64,000 bases of DNA from positions 960,001 through 1,024,000 of the forward strand of contig CAWBAT010000005.1 of the NCBI GenBank assembly GCA_963786955.1, in the 5' to 3' direction. Below the pieces are notes generated by a model that saw only the letters and a program-made list of their open reading frames with translations, was not told where the DNA came from and did not search any database. This DNA is from an uncultured Acidimicrobiia bacterium (GTDB lineage: Bacteria > Acidobacteriota > Terriglobia > Versatilivoradales > Versatilivoraceae). Numbering within the stretch: the first letter of the stretch is position 1; every line of letters starts with the position of its first letter. The position numbers and the translations under genes were made by a program. This document shows, piece after piece, positions 42,771-54,156 of this stretch.

Positions 42771-44513
42771 TCACTCAATTTCGGGTGCATCCACCGCAAT
42801 GAGCGATTCCGTCTTGGTCTCCCCGGTCTCCAAGTTGACCTTCTTCGAAGTCTTTTGGAGTTGTTTCAAGAAGGCTTCGTCTGATTCAAGTCCCCCCTCA
42901 ACTGACTTCAATGCGCTCAGAAAATATTCGCCCGGCGGGAACCCCTGGATGGTGTAATTACCCTTTTGATCGGACTGCGTTTTTTTGACAAAGCGAGAAT
43001 GGATACCTCTTGATTCAGGATCACCCGGGAAAACCATGACCGTAGCACCTTTGAAGGGAGGTCCCTGCTCATCCGACTTGACGGTACCATTGAGAGATGC
43101 TCCTTGAGGCGAGATCACGACTTCCACTCCTTCCAGCGGGCTGTTGCCTTTGATTTCTATGGATGCATCGGCCATCTCCTGCCCTTCCACGCGGACAGAC
43201 TTCAAGAAAAAATTTCCGGCCAGTCCTGAGACCCTGAGGTAACCGGTCATTTCGGAAACGTTGGCGAGACGAAATGTGAAATCGTCCTTCACTTCACTCC
43301 CCGCGGCTCCTCCCATGAAATTTCCAATGCCACTTTCAAGGTCGGCCATCAATGATACTCGGAGTCGTCGCAAATCTAACGAAGCGTTTTGCCCTTCAAT
43401 CACTATTCGACCCGTGATCTCAATGCCTTCGCCGAGAGCAATCAGGACTCCTTCGATATCGCTGTTCGAGACCTCGACAATTGCGTTCCCAATCAGCTGT
43501 TTTCCTTCCCGTTGAGTCCCTGCAGAAAGGCGGTACTTTCCAGGAAAGAGTCCCTTGAGTTTGAATTCTCCCTGAGCATCGGTGCTGTTCCCCGACGAAA
43601 AGGAGAGAAAATCGCTTAACGGGACACGGACGGGATTAATCCATCCGCCGATGATAGGCTTGCCATCAGGCCCGACGATTTTTCCACTTACCAAATAAGA
43701 ATCGCCCTCGACCAGAATCATGTCCATTCCGGTGAGATCACGGGCTGCGCTCACTTGGATTTTGGAGGCTTCTTGAAGAGTCATGACTCCTGGATAATAG
43801 GTGGAGGGAGAACCGGAACCTCCTTCCGGCATTTCAAAGGCACGATAAACTGCGCTAAGGTAGTACATTCCGGGAGGAATATTGAATAGCCGATAGTGGC
43901 CGCGGTCGTCTGTTTGGGCCATGCCTGTAGGCATAAGCCGGCGTTTTCCTTGAAACGAAGTGTAACGGGCGACTTGAACGAAAGCTCGAGCAACCGGCTC
44001 ATTGTCGGCATCCAAGATACGGCCCTCCACCGCACCACCGCGAATTAATTTGAAATTGATCGAATTGAGACTCTCTCCAGAGCGGACATCCAGGGTAATC
44101 CCGCCAGACTGTGAAAATGAATCAGAGGCCTTCTGCCCGTAAACCTGGTTCACATACCCATTCCGGAAAGCGCTCAAGGTGTATTTCCCGGGTTTGACAT
44201 CTTCGAACCGGTATCCCCCGCTGGCATCCGTTTGAGTTGTGGTCGGTTTATCCCCCGTTTGCGATTGTGTGCCCTGCAGCATGAGGTTCACCTTCCTCAA
44301 GCCCGCCCCCGTGTCAGTTCCAATGACCTTCCCACGAATTGCTCCTCCTTGGGGGACCTCCTTCTTCGCCCCTGCTGTGGGGCTTGGTTGATCGGTGATT
44401 TGCTGATCTTGGCCTTGCACACCCACCTGTAAAGTCACCATCAAGATGAGAGTCAACAAGAAGGTATAGATGGCGGGCGTCCTTGGAGTTCGATACATGG
44501 AGTTCCCAAACAT
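42771..44513 (-). CDS. secreted protein with repeated carboxypeptidase-regulatory-like beta-sandwich domains
   Basis: Signal peptide; repeats of IxGxV...TDxxGxYxFxxVxPGxYxLSA; TYYPG motif. Confidence 0.87.
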   Translation of the reverse strand: MFGNSMYRTPRTPAIYTFLLTLILMVTLQVGVQGQDQQITDQPSPTAGAKKEVPQGGAIRGKVIGTDTGAGLRKVNLMLQGTQSQTGDKPTTTQTDASGGYRFEDVKPGKYTLSAFRNGYVNQVYGQKASDSFSQSGGITLDVRSGESLNSINFKLIRGGAVEGRILDADNEPVARAFVQVARYTSFQGKRRLMPTGMAQTDDRGHYRLFNIPPGMYYLSAVYRAFEMPEGGSGSPSTYYPGVMTLQEASKIQVSAARDLTGMDMILVEGDSYLVSGKIVGPDGKPIIGGWINPVRVPLSDFLSFSSGNSTDAQGEFKLKGLFPGKYRLSAGTQREGKQLIGNAIVEVSNSDIEGVLIALGEGIEITGRIVIEGQNASLDLRRLRVSLMADLESGIGNFMGGAAGSEVKDDFTFRLANVSEMTGYLRVSGLAGNFFLKSVRVEGQEMADASIEIKGNSPLEGVEVVISPQGASLNGTVKSDEQGPPFKGATVMVFPGDPESRGIHSRFVKKTQSDQKGNYTIQGFPPGEYFLSALKSVEGGLESDEAFLKQLQKTSKKVNLETGETKTESLIAVDAPEIE

Positions 44514-44558
44514 TTGAGAAATACGGGAGGAGACGTTACCTGTCAAGCATTATACCAA

Positions 44559-45452
44559 CTAAATCAGCTTAAGGCTGCGGAGGACTGAGGCGAGTTTCTC
44601 ACGATTCTTCGGCTGCATGGGTACCAGGGGCAATCGATACACCTCCTCAATCATCCCCATCATGGCCAGGGCGGCCTTCACCGGTACTGGATTGGTTTCG
44701 AGAAAATTAGCTCGCATCAAGGCGTAGGTATGGTAGTTGATTGCTCGGGCTTGATCCCAGCGGTTTTCCATGGCGGCATGGATCATCTGCGCAAATTCCC
44801 GGGGCATCTCGTTTGCCAGAACCGAAATGCAACCGTCCCCACCTACTGAAATCAGGGGCAGTGAAAAGGAATCATCTCCAGCCAGAACAGAAAAGTGTTT
44901 GGGACGATCTCGGAGGATGGCGATCATTTGGTCTAGATTTCCGGAGGCTTCTTTGACTCCGACGATGTTGGGGATCTCAGCTAATCGCAACAGCGTGTCG
45001 GGTTCAATATTGACTCCAGTCCGACTTGGAATATTGTAAATGATGATCGGGATATCGGCCGATTCGGCAATCGCCCTGAAATGCTGGTAGTGACCTTCTT
45101 GGGTAGGTTTGTTGTAATAAGGACCGACCGAGAGGACTCCGTCTGCTCCAATCTTCCTGGCAAATTGAGTCAGGGCAATGGCACGGCGCGTATTATTGCT
45201 CCCACCTCCAATAATGACCTTTGCCCGTTTGTTGACACATTCGACCGTCAGTTCACACACCCGGAAATGCTCATCGTATTCCAGTGTTGACGCTTCACCG
45301 GTTGTTCCGCACGGTACAAGGGCATCAATTCCTCCAGCAATTTGGAATTCAACAAGCCGTCGCAAATTTCCTTCATCGAGTTTCCCGGATTTGTCAAAAG
45401 GGGTCACCAGAGCAGTCATTGCACCGCGAAACAGGGGTTTATCAGTCATCAT
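44559..45452 (-). CDS. dapA: 4-hydroxy-tetrahydrodipicolinate synthase
   Basis: ALVTPF, CGTTGE, PYYNKP, IYNIPSRTG, GVKEASG, ETNPVPVK; own SD (AGGAG) before ATG 45452. Confidence 0.96.
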   Translation of the reverse strand: MMTDKPLFRGAMTALVTPFDKSGKLDEGNLRRLVEFQIAGGIDALVPCGTTGEASTLEYDEHFRVCELTVECVNKRAKVIIGGGSNNTRRAIALTQFARKIGADGVLSVGPYYNKPTQEGHYQHFRAIAESADIPIIIYNIPSRTGVNIEPDTLLRLAEIPNIVGVKEASGNLDQMIAILRDRPKHFSVLAGDDSFSLPLISVGGDGCISVLANEMPREFAQMIHAAMENRWDQARAINYHTYALMRANFLETNPVPVKAALAMMGMIEEVYRLPLVPMQPKNREKLASVLRSLKLI

Positions 45453-45516
45453 GGCGCTCCTTTGAAAGCTTACTATGCTGCTGATTATGAGGACACTTAA
45501 TCTTCTGTGCCCTTGC

Positions 45517-46262
45517 CTACTCAGTAAGTCTTTCAGTACTTGTTCGAATGTAAACAGTCCTTTTCGGCCGCGGATCCATTCTGCAGCCAGGACGGCACCG
45601 GTGGCAAATCCCGCTCGGGACCGGACCGTATGCGTCAATTCAATGGTGTCTGCAGGGGAATCAAAGAGTACCGAATGGATACCCGGGACGTGACCGATCC
45701 TGAGAGACGTGACATGCAGTTCGTCGTCAGCGATGGCGCGATTCAAAGAATCCGTGACAACTTTTTTCTTACGTGGAAACTTTGCCCGGATGATCTCAAT
45801 GAGTTTCTTGGCAGTTCCGCTCGGGCTGTCCAGTTTCTGGCGATGATGGGTTTCGCTGAGACTGACGTCGTATTCGTTAAAAGGTTGAAACAACCCCGCT
45901 GCTCTGGTAACGATTTGATAAAAAAGATTCACTCCCAGAGAGAAATTTGGGGCGTAGACCAAACCGATTCCTGAATTTCGCACCAGTTCCTCTACCTGCG
46001 GGAGGTGTTGGTACCAACCTGTGGTTCCCACAACCACAGGCGTTCTCATGGCTGCCATAAGGCGAAGATTCTCCAACACGGCTCCCGGATTCGTGAACTC
46101 AATGCCGACGTCGGCCGCTCCAAGACTCGTGGCAGAAATCAAGGGTTGTGTCGTGTCGATTCCTTCAGGATCAATCTTGCCGGAGATCGTGTGCCCGCGT
46201 TGCGCCGCCACACATTCGACTTCCCGCCCCATCTTTCCATAACCGATCAGCGCAACTTTCAT
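45517..46262 (-). CDS. dapB: 4-hydroxy-tetrahydrodipicolinate reductase (reads in frame into dapA in this sequence)
   Basis: IGYGKMG, VGTTGW, APNFSLGV, ETHHRQKLDSPSGTA, FATGAVLAA. Confidence 0.95.
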
Positions 46263-46315
46263 GGCTTTACTCTCGGCCTCCAGCGGCGATCATATCAAAC
46301 ACAATTGAGACGGCG

Positions 46316-47190
46316 TTATGATTTTGTAATGACCCATTCAACAGCACCAAGTCCAGGAATCACTTCGGTTTCTTCCTTCACGGAGGATTGAGCAGAATAC
46401 TCCGCAAAAAACAAGATGATGACGGTAGAAAGATAGACCCAAGTCAAGATGACAATGATCGAGGCGATGGATCCATAGACTGAGGTGTAATTGGAAAATT
46501 GGATCAATCGAGGTGAAGCCATATTTCGCAATTTCCCAGGTAAAGGCCCCTATGACCGCACTCGGGATTACCTGAGCAAATCGCACCCTTGTGTACGGAA
46601 CAAATTTATAAATGAAAGAAAACATGACTACGGCCAAACCCAAACTTACAAGGACGAGCATTCCTTTGATGAACATCGGCGACATGGCATAATGCCATTC
46701 GTCTTTAAGCAAGCCCTTAAGGTAGTGGTCAAAGCGCACAATCATGGTAGTCAGAAAAACAGAAATAAGAATGAAAAAGCCGAAAAGAAGCGTCATCAGG
46801 GCAGCAAACAAGCGGCGCCGAATAAAACCGCGTTCCCGTTTCACTCCCCAGGCCTCATTCAGAGCCAACTCCAAAGGGAGGAAGGCGCCAGAGGCTGTCC
46901 AAATCAATAACACAAGCGCCACGAGTGAAGTCCGTCCCGGTGGAGGCGGTGATAGTCCGGAGATTGTTTTCAACCAGATCTGCTCCGATCGGTAAATAAA
47001 ATCGAACTGAAGTAATGATCGAGTTTTCGAGATGGTAGCGGTGGATAAAGACACCGCCAATACTGAGTAGAATTAATATGAGGGGGAAGAAAGAGAATAG
47101 CGCGTAGAAGGCAATCGCAGCAGCATAGGTGAAATGGTTCCGCTGCAGGAAACCCACCAATGTCCGCCAAAGTCTCGATCCGCTAAACAT
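46316..47190 (-). CDS. YihY/BrkB family membrane protein; frameshifted
   Basis: AAAIAFYALFSFFP, LIWTASGAF...ALNEAW, WEIAK, YGSIASIIVILTWVY. Confidence 0.88.
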
Positions 47191-47256
47191 GATTTCATCA
47201 AAAGAAATTGCTGGTTTTCAAACAAGAATTCTCTGCCGACGTCCGTTTCAGCCAAA

Positions 47257-49888
47257 TCATCTCTCGCTCTGGCGGCTCAGACTAATCAGATTCACAAAGA
47301 TCCGGATTGCCCCGGGCACTCCCTCAGGCAACTGCCGAAACCAGGAGAGGGCGGTCAAAACATACTTACCCTTTCCGTAATCGGCAATCAGTAATCCCCC
47401 GTCCAACATGAGGAAAGCCCGGGTCTCCCATCGAAAGCAAAGGCTTGAAACGGGGATCACGGTCCTGAAAGAAATACAATCCTCGCTCCTGAACCCAGCC
47501 TTCAAAGTCACTTCCTGTAATGCGGTTGGGAAGGTTGAAGATCGAGTTTGACGATTCAAGAATTGTCACCGGCGCCGTTTCGTCCGTAACACGATGGTCA
47601 TCGCTTTGGAGTCTGGCAGGGTAGGGGGGAAACGAACCTCGACTCCATCCTGCACGGCGTTGGTACTGGACGATCAGTGTGCCTCCCGCCTTCACATATT
47701 CCAAAAGCCGGGTGTTGTTTGCAACTAAATCGTCTCGAACCTCATAAGCGCGCACTCCGACCAGGATCGAGCTATAGTTGCTTAGGTCCCCACTCGCCAG
47801 GTTTTCCGGCCCGAGTAGTTTCACCGGGATACCCAATTGCTGGAGCGTATCGGGAACCCTGTCTCCTGGTCCCGTGATATATGCAACGGAGAGGCCGGCA
47901 GGGATATGAAGGTCTAGAACCTCGAGTTGTGACGCTGCTTTCCGATAAATTGGAAAGCGCCACACGTCCTGGACAGAGATCTGCCGGTATTCTTCATTGA
48001 TCTCTGTCCCATTGACAACCGCGATGATCTCGATGGGATAACGACCTGGCTTCAGCCCCGGCTTCGAGATTATTTCGAACTTAAAAGAATTGGCTTCCCC
48101 CTCCCGAGCCAGCGAAAAGGGTATTTCAGCAGGCGTTACGTTCCATTCCGGAGGTGCAGAGCCTTAAGCAAGCCTGAAGAAGATGAACGTGCATTATTGA
48201 CTACTTTGATTTGAATCTCGCGACGGGCTTCGGAAATTTCCAGAGGGATCAACTGCAACGAAGGAGAAACCTCAAGCGATACGGCGGGGAGTACCAGTAA
48301 CGGAACCTTGTGAGTTCCCCGCAAGGGGTTCGAATCCAAAAATTGAACGGGGCGTTTTGAACTTAATCGCACGCCTCGGAGTTGATATTCCAGCAAGGCA
48401 AAGAGGCGAGGGGAGGGAACCGGCGCCAATGTGAAAGGATCATCCGCGATAGCGTAAATCGCATCCTTCCGGCTGTTTCGTTTCCAAGGAATCCGGCTCG
48501 GCTTGGCATCGACTGGAACAGAAACCGAGAACTCAAAAACTGTCTTCTTTCCGGGTTCGACCCATGAGGCCCCTCGTTCTCGCAGTTTCAACTCCCATTT
48601 TTCTTCAGCTGCAAGATCGACCTGAGTGAGTTCAATTTTTTCAGAAAATCGATTCACAACAGTTGCGCGAACCGCAAAGGATTGCCCTGGAGTCACTGAC
48701 GAGTCTTCCGCAAGACCTTCAAAATACAGGCCTGTGGCTAAATCTAAAGCCTTCATGAAATCTCTTTCCTTCTCGTTGAGGAGGAAAAGCAACTTCGCCG
48801 GGTGCCTTGATTCCTGGGTTTCCGAAACTCTGCGTTAACGTTTCTTGAATCTTTCTGAGTTTCACAATACCTTGAAGTAACGGCCCGACAGTTCCGGAAA
48901 AATCTTCCGGCTGGAAATTCTGTCGGGCTTCGCGAACCAAGTGCTCCACCAAACCCATCTCCTCAGAGAGCCATTGTCTTTTCGGTGATTCCGCTTCCAG
49001 GAGTGAAGGAAGGTCCTTTATTTCAAGCACCAGACTGTCGAAGAACCCCGAATCATGGGGAGTATCGGGGTAAATCAAGCGAAAAAATGAATCATATTCG
49101 CCAGGAAGAGCATAGCTGTCACCGCTCCCTTGACTCCGATGAAAACTGTAACCGAGAGCCGCGATTTCCTGGAAGGATGTACCGAAGAGGGGGATATATT
49201 TCCCCGTATTGATGGCAAAGGAAGACTCATCAGCTTTGGACACCCGAATGTAGAGCTTCTGGACTTTCCACGGTGCAAGGCCTTCCTGGGCCAGTTCCGG
49301 GAATTGTTTCCATCTCCCGCAGCAAAAAAGGCCTCCTTGGCCAATATTCCGCAAGCCTGATGGTGTCCATGCCCGTCGCGAGGATCCCCGGACCAAACCG
49401 AGACGATAATGTGCGGGCGAAACTGACGAATGGCACGGACCATGTCACTCAGAATGGCCTCTCGCCCCCACTTTTGAAACGATTCTTCTGCAGTTCTCGA
49501 AAAACCGAAGTCGAACGCCCTAGTGAAATACTGTTCGACTCCGTAGTATTCATCCGCAGCCAGGAGTTCTCCAGTCCGGATCATCCCTAGCCCTTCGAAC
49601 ATTTCCGAACCAATGAGATTTTGCCCGCCTTCTCCTCGAGTGAGGGTGAGCAAAGCGGTTCTTGCATGCAACCCCCGGCTCACATAGCGGAAGCGCCCCG
49701 GAATTTTCATCATCCGGATGTGCCGCAATAAACATGACACGGGAAATAGAAGGCAGTCGGTCTAGTGCCTGGACCAAGCCTACAGCTCCCCGATCTAAAG
49801 GGAGATCCAGTGATTGTGAAAAGAAGAGAAAGAACTAAACGCAAAAAAAGTGAGGGGAAATGAGCAAAAACAATTTTAGTTTAGTCAT
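47257..49888 (-). CDS. secreted PIG-L/LmbE family deacetylase with Ig-like (NEW3-type) and C-terminal GATase-like domains; frameshifted
   Basis: AAHPDDE, TRGEGGQN, FDFGFS, HGHHQ, HRSQG; C-terminal GVRAY, GWVQERGLYF, FRQLPEGVPGA. Confidence 0.9.
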
Positions 49889-49998
49889 GGCCGGTTCGTT
49901 TCAAATCAGCGTTATGTTGGGTAGGCTTTCCTGATCCCCGCAAGCAGGACGGCGTGGTCCCATAGAGCGATCGAGATGCTCGGGTAATCCCTTTATAG

Positions 49999-51678
49999 TC
50001 ACACAGGTGCCCGCGCATCGGTTCCGGAAATATATTTTCCGGAAAGGATAAAAACTGCGCCAATCAAAAAGGTCAACAGAACACCATAAGCCGCTGCGGT
50101 TCCGAAATTAAACTGGCGGAGTTGCGAAAGAATTTCAACTGAGATGGGGCGATTCCGCAGAGTATAAATGACGATGGACGTGACGAACTCACCAAGAGCC
50201 GCGACAAATGCGAGCAGTGATCCCGCCACAACCCCGGGAAGCACGAGCGGCAAGGTAACCCTTGAGAAACGAAAGAACCATTTACCCCCCAGCAGACGAG
50301 CGGCTTCATCTAAAGTGGGATCCAGCTGTTCAAAACTGGATTGAAAAGCACGAACGACCACCGGAATATTCCGGATGAAATATGCAAGCGGAAGAATCCA
50401 ATAAGTGCCGACCAGCAGTATTCTAGCCTCCCAGAGACGGTTTTGACTAAAGGTGGTCGCTAGGCTCAAAGCAAGAACAGTTCCAGGGAGCGCCCATGGC
50501 AAGATCACCAAACTACTCAGCAGGAAACGACCGCGTACCTGTTTCTGAACGATGAGAGAGACAATCAGTATGGCAAATAGGAAATTGGCCAGGGTTGCCA
50601 GGAAGGCCATTTGAAGACTATTGAAGACAGGCTCAAGCAATTCCGGAGATGAGAATAATCGAATGTAGTTTTCGACCGTATACTCGGGAGGTAATATTTC
50701 TGTGGTCCAAGTTCCTTCTTTCACAAAGCTGACCAAGATTAGGGTCAGGTGAGGTAACAATAGGACCAACACCATGATGATCCCCAAGAATGCTGCAACT
50801 ACTTGGATTCCTCGGTGTGTCACTCGGGTAGGTACCCAGGATGCTCCTTTGTTCACGGATCTGAATTTGCCCGTTCCTTCGTATCGCTGGAGAAAAAGCA
50901 GGAAAAGGATCGACGTCGAAGTGAGAATTACGGTTTCGACCATCGACATTTTCAGATCCCCGTTGAGCTTGGAATTGTAGATCTGCAAAGCCAGGATCCG
51001 GACACCACCTCCAAAGATATACGGAGCGCTAAAGCTCGCCATTGACGTCATGAAAGTTAGAAGTGATGCCCCAGCCAGAGCCGGGGTAAGCTGTCGCAGT
51101 GTCACTGCCAAAAACGTTCTCAGTCTCGAAGCTCCGAGCGATCGGGCTGCCTCTGCCAGCGTATGATCAATGCGTTTCAATCCTGCTGAAACAAAGAGAT
51201 AAAAGTAAACATACATGGTATAGGCGTGGACCAGCAAGATCGCTCCAACGCCTCGCAGCGAAATAAAGGGCTCACTCCTCCCAAGCCAACGTTGCAAACT
51301 GCGGTTTAATATTCCGCTTTCCCCATAAAGAAACAGGAACGCAATGACTCCGACGAGTGGGGGCAACAGAACAGGTAACGAGGCGAGAGAGGCAAACACT
51401 CGTTTTCCCGGAAAATCATAGCGAGTAAAGAGAAAAGCCAGGGGGATTCCGATCAGGGCAGAAAGGATCACACTCCAGGCAGAGATCCAGATACTGTTGC
51501 GGAGGGCTTCAAGCTGGGAAGGGCTTCTGAAAAACTCCCGGTAGTGAGCCAAAGTCAAATTATTTTCATTCAGAAAACTTTGAACAAATAAGTACAGATT
51601 CGGATAAAGGACCAGCCAGAGCAGAATCCCCAGAACGAAGGTATAGAGCAGGACATCCGAATGACGTTTGACAGGCAT
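49999..51678 (-). CDS. ABC transporter permease, FbpB/Fe3+-type (duplicated TM domain)
   Basis: Two EAA loops (EAARSLGAS, EAARLLGG), LPPLVG, LPWALPG. Confidence 0.93.
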   Translation of the reverse strand: MPVKRHSDVLLYTFVLGILLWLVLYPNLYLFVQSFLNENNLTLAHYREFFRSPSQLEALRNSIWISAWSVILSALIGIPLAFLFTRYDFPGKRVFASLASLPVLLPPLVGVIAFLFLYGESGILNRSLQRWLGRSEPFISLRGVGAILLVHAYTMYVYFYLFVSAGLKRIDHTLAEAARSLGASRLRTFLAVTLRQLTPALAGASLLTFMTSMASFSAPYIFGGGVRILALQIYNSKLNGDLKMSMVETVILTSTSILFLLFLQRYEGTGKFRSVNKGASWVPTRVTHRGIQVVAAFLGIIMVLVLLLPHLTLILVSFVKEGTWTTEILPPEYTVENYIRLFSSPELLEPVFNSLQMAFLATLANFLFAILIVSLIVQKQVRGRFLLSSLVILPWALPGTVLALSLATTFSQNRLWEARILLVGTYWILPLAYFIRNIPVVVRAFQSSFEQLDPTLDEAARLLGGKWFFRFSRVTLPLVLPGVVAGSLLAFVAALGEFVTSIVIYTLRNRPISVEILSQLRQFNFGTAAAYGVLLTFLIGAVFILSGKYISGTDARAPV

Positions 51679-51683
51679 AGAGA

Positions 51684-52758
51684 TCAGGCCTCTAACACAT
51701 GGAATGCCAATGGAGATCCATAAAGGGTGACAATGGATCCGGCGTCGACCGGCGAAGGAGTCAGCGGATCTTTTCCTGTAGCCAAAATTTGTTGTCCTTC
51801 CCCCTCCAGTTCCCATTCATAGTACGCTCCTGCAAACCGCCCGCCCTTGATCTCTTGCTGGAAAAAGTGCGGTATTCTGATCGTGTCTTGGAAAATTCTA
51901 TTCTCTCCGGTCGCAAGAGCAATCGATAAACCCGGCCTAACACAAATTGCCGATCCCGCGGAACAGGCAGACAAAGTTTTTCTCCTTGCGGGAGTTCGAA
52001 GAACAACGAATTTTCATCCAACCCTTGGAGCCGTAATGCCAGAATGTTGGACTTCCCAATAAATCCTGCGACAAACTCATTCGCCGGATGATTATAAAGT
52101 TCATGGGCGGTTCCGATCTGCTGGCAAATCCCGCTGGAAAGGAGTGAAATTCGATCAGAGAGGGCAAAGGCATCTTCCTGATCGTGGGTCACGAATAAGG
52201 TTGTCATGTTGAGACTGGAAATGAGTTCCCGAAGCTGCTTACGGGTACGCTCTCGGAGACCGGCATCCAGATTGCTCAGAGGCTCGTCGAGCAAGAGAAT
52301 TTGCGGCTCAATCACAAGCGCCCTGGCAATTGCCACTCTTTGCTGTTCTCCCCCGCTGAGTTGGAAGATGGGACGATTTTCATAACCCGACAGGTGAACC
52401 TGACTCAAAGTTTTCCTGACTCTTTCGGGAATCTGTCGCGAAGGAAGGTGAGCCGCTCTCAATCCAAAAGCTACATTTTCAAATACGTTGAGATGCGGGA
52501 AAAGAGCGTAAGACTGAAACACCATTCCCATCGACCGTTGCTCTGGAGACAACGGGTAACGTCGCGGCCCTGGATAAGAATTTTCCCTTCCGACGGAGAC
52601 AAAAATCCCGCAATGAGACGGAGCGTCGTAGTCTTGCCGCAACCACTCGGCCCGAGCAGGCTCATGATTTCGCCCTTCTTCACACTGAGATTGAAATGAA
52701 GCAAGGCAGCTTTGTCCCCAAATCGACAGGTGAGGTTGTTGAGCTCTAAAAACGGCAT
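51684..52758 (-). CDS. ABC transporter ATP-binding subunit (FbpC/PotA-like); frameshifted
   Basis: GPSGCGKTT, FQSYALFPH, LSGGEQQR, LLDEP, VTHD, C-terminal TOBE-like region. Confidence 0.94.
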
Positions 52759-52796
52759 TGGGTCATGACCCTAGTGAATGGCCAATAATCGATTAT

Positions 52797-52895
52797 TTAT
52801 GCTGCGTAAAGAATGACGTGTCTTTTCAAACCCAGTCGAATTAAAACGGTGACAGCTTCAATTCCTCTCCGCTGGAGAGGCGAGCTCAGCTTCAT
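52797..52895 (-). pseudogene. possible HicA toxin remnant
   Basis: GIEAVTVLIRLG(F/L)...HVIL resembles the HicA N-terminus (SGxEAVxxLxRLGF...GSHVIL); degenerate and short. Confidence 0.25.
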
Positions 52896-53081
52896 GGATA
52901 TAATTGCTTGCAACTTGGTATTACACCTTCTGCCCATAATAAACCTCTCTCGAGGAAAGCGGGGTCAAGGACTCAAAATCGTTCACAAGCCCACATGAAC
53001 GAAATGGGGGCACGACAATTAGGTCGAGATGAATGTCTGCTGGAAAAACACCAGGACCCCGCTAACGAGGCTTCGCCACTC

Positions 53082-54137
53082 TTACATTGTGCCTTTATTT
53101 CTGATTTCAGTGTCCCAGAATCTCATCCACTCATTCGACTTTTCCGCCATAACCTTCCAATCAATAGGCATGTGTCGGATCACCGATTTCGTCATCCACT
53201 CGGGTAATTTTTCCGGAGGGATGTCTTTTCGACAGGGAATGCGATAAAACTGCTGAGCTGCAAGAATCAGGCTATCCTGACTGGTGACGAATTCATAAAA
53301 CTGTTTTCCCAGTTCGAGATTCTTTGATTTAGCCACGAGAGCAATGCCTTCAGTCACAATCGGGGTGCCGCTTAAAGGGATGATGTAAGAAAATGGATAG
53401 CGATATCTGGCTCGTTGCAGTTCAATATCGGGCATGTTCCACACGGTGACGATACCCTCTTGTCTTGCTAGTTTTTGGTTCAAGAGAGTCATATTGGCAA
53501 CGTAGTCTTTCGTATTGAAATCCAGTTTCTTCAGCCATTCGTAACCAGGTTGAGAAGAGCCTGAGAGCTGGTAAAATCTGAGAATCATTGCGCAAAAGAT
53601 GGTTCTCATGGTGCCCGAAGCAAGCGGGTCTCGCAAAATGATTTTCTTGTGCCATTTCGGATCCAACAGATCATCCCAATCTTGCGGAGCTTCGTGCTTC
53701 TTGAGCACAGTGCTATTGAACGCGATGACTTCAGGAGTTTCATAGCTGCCATACCAACCATGGGTGGGACTATGCGAATCTTGCGGTACATGCTCGGCCC
53801 AGCTGGGTTTATAGGGCTCGAGCAAACCCTCATCTTGCCCCTGCTCAAAAAGGACAGAGGGAGCCCCCCACCACAAATCGGCCTGAGGGTTCTCCTTTTC
53901 AGAGCGCAATCGGTCCAAGACATCCTGACTGCCCATATCCATCCAACGCACATCTACCTTGGGGTTCTTCTGCTCAAACAGACTTTCAAACTCGGTCAGC
54001 AACTCTTTACCATGCGTCGAGTAAATGACCAGAACGGTTTTTGAATTTGGGCTGGAAACACAACCATTGAGCACCAGGAGCCATAAGACGACTCCCAAGG
54101 TAATCCGCGCAGTGATCCGCAACTTTGTGAAAACCAT
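53082..54137 (-). CDS. ABC transporter substrate-binding lipoprotein (FbpA/AfuA-like)
   Basis: Lipobox LNGC; LRSEKENPQADLWWG, PQDWDDLLDPKW, DPLASGT. Confidence 0.92.
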   Translation of the reverse strand: MVFTKLRITARITLGVVLWLLVLNGCVSSPNSKTVLVIYSTHGKELLTEFESLFEQKNPKVDVRWMDMGSQDVLDRLRSEKENPQADLWWGAPSVLFEQGQDEGLLEPYKPSWAEHVPQDSHSPTHGWYGSYETPEVIAFNSTVLKKHEAPQDWDDLLDPKWHKKIILRDPLASGTMRTIFCAMILRFYQLSGSSQPGYEWLKKLDFNTKDYVANMTLLNQKLARQEGIVTVWNMPDIELQRARYRYPFSYIIPLSGTPIVTEGIALVAKSKNLELGKQFYEFVTSQDSLILAAQQFYRIPCRKDIPPEKLPEWMTKSVIRHMPIDWKVMAEKSNEWMRFWDTEIRNKGTM

Positions 54138-54156
54138 CGATCTCCAATCCGGTTGG

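Noticed and set aside
49918-49965. Possible REP remnant between the permease and PIG-L genes
   Set aside because: It starts with GTAGG but has no convincing inverted partner.
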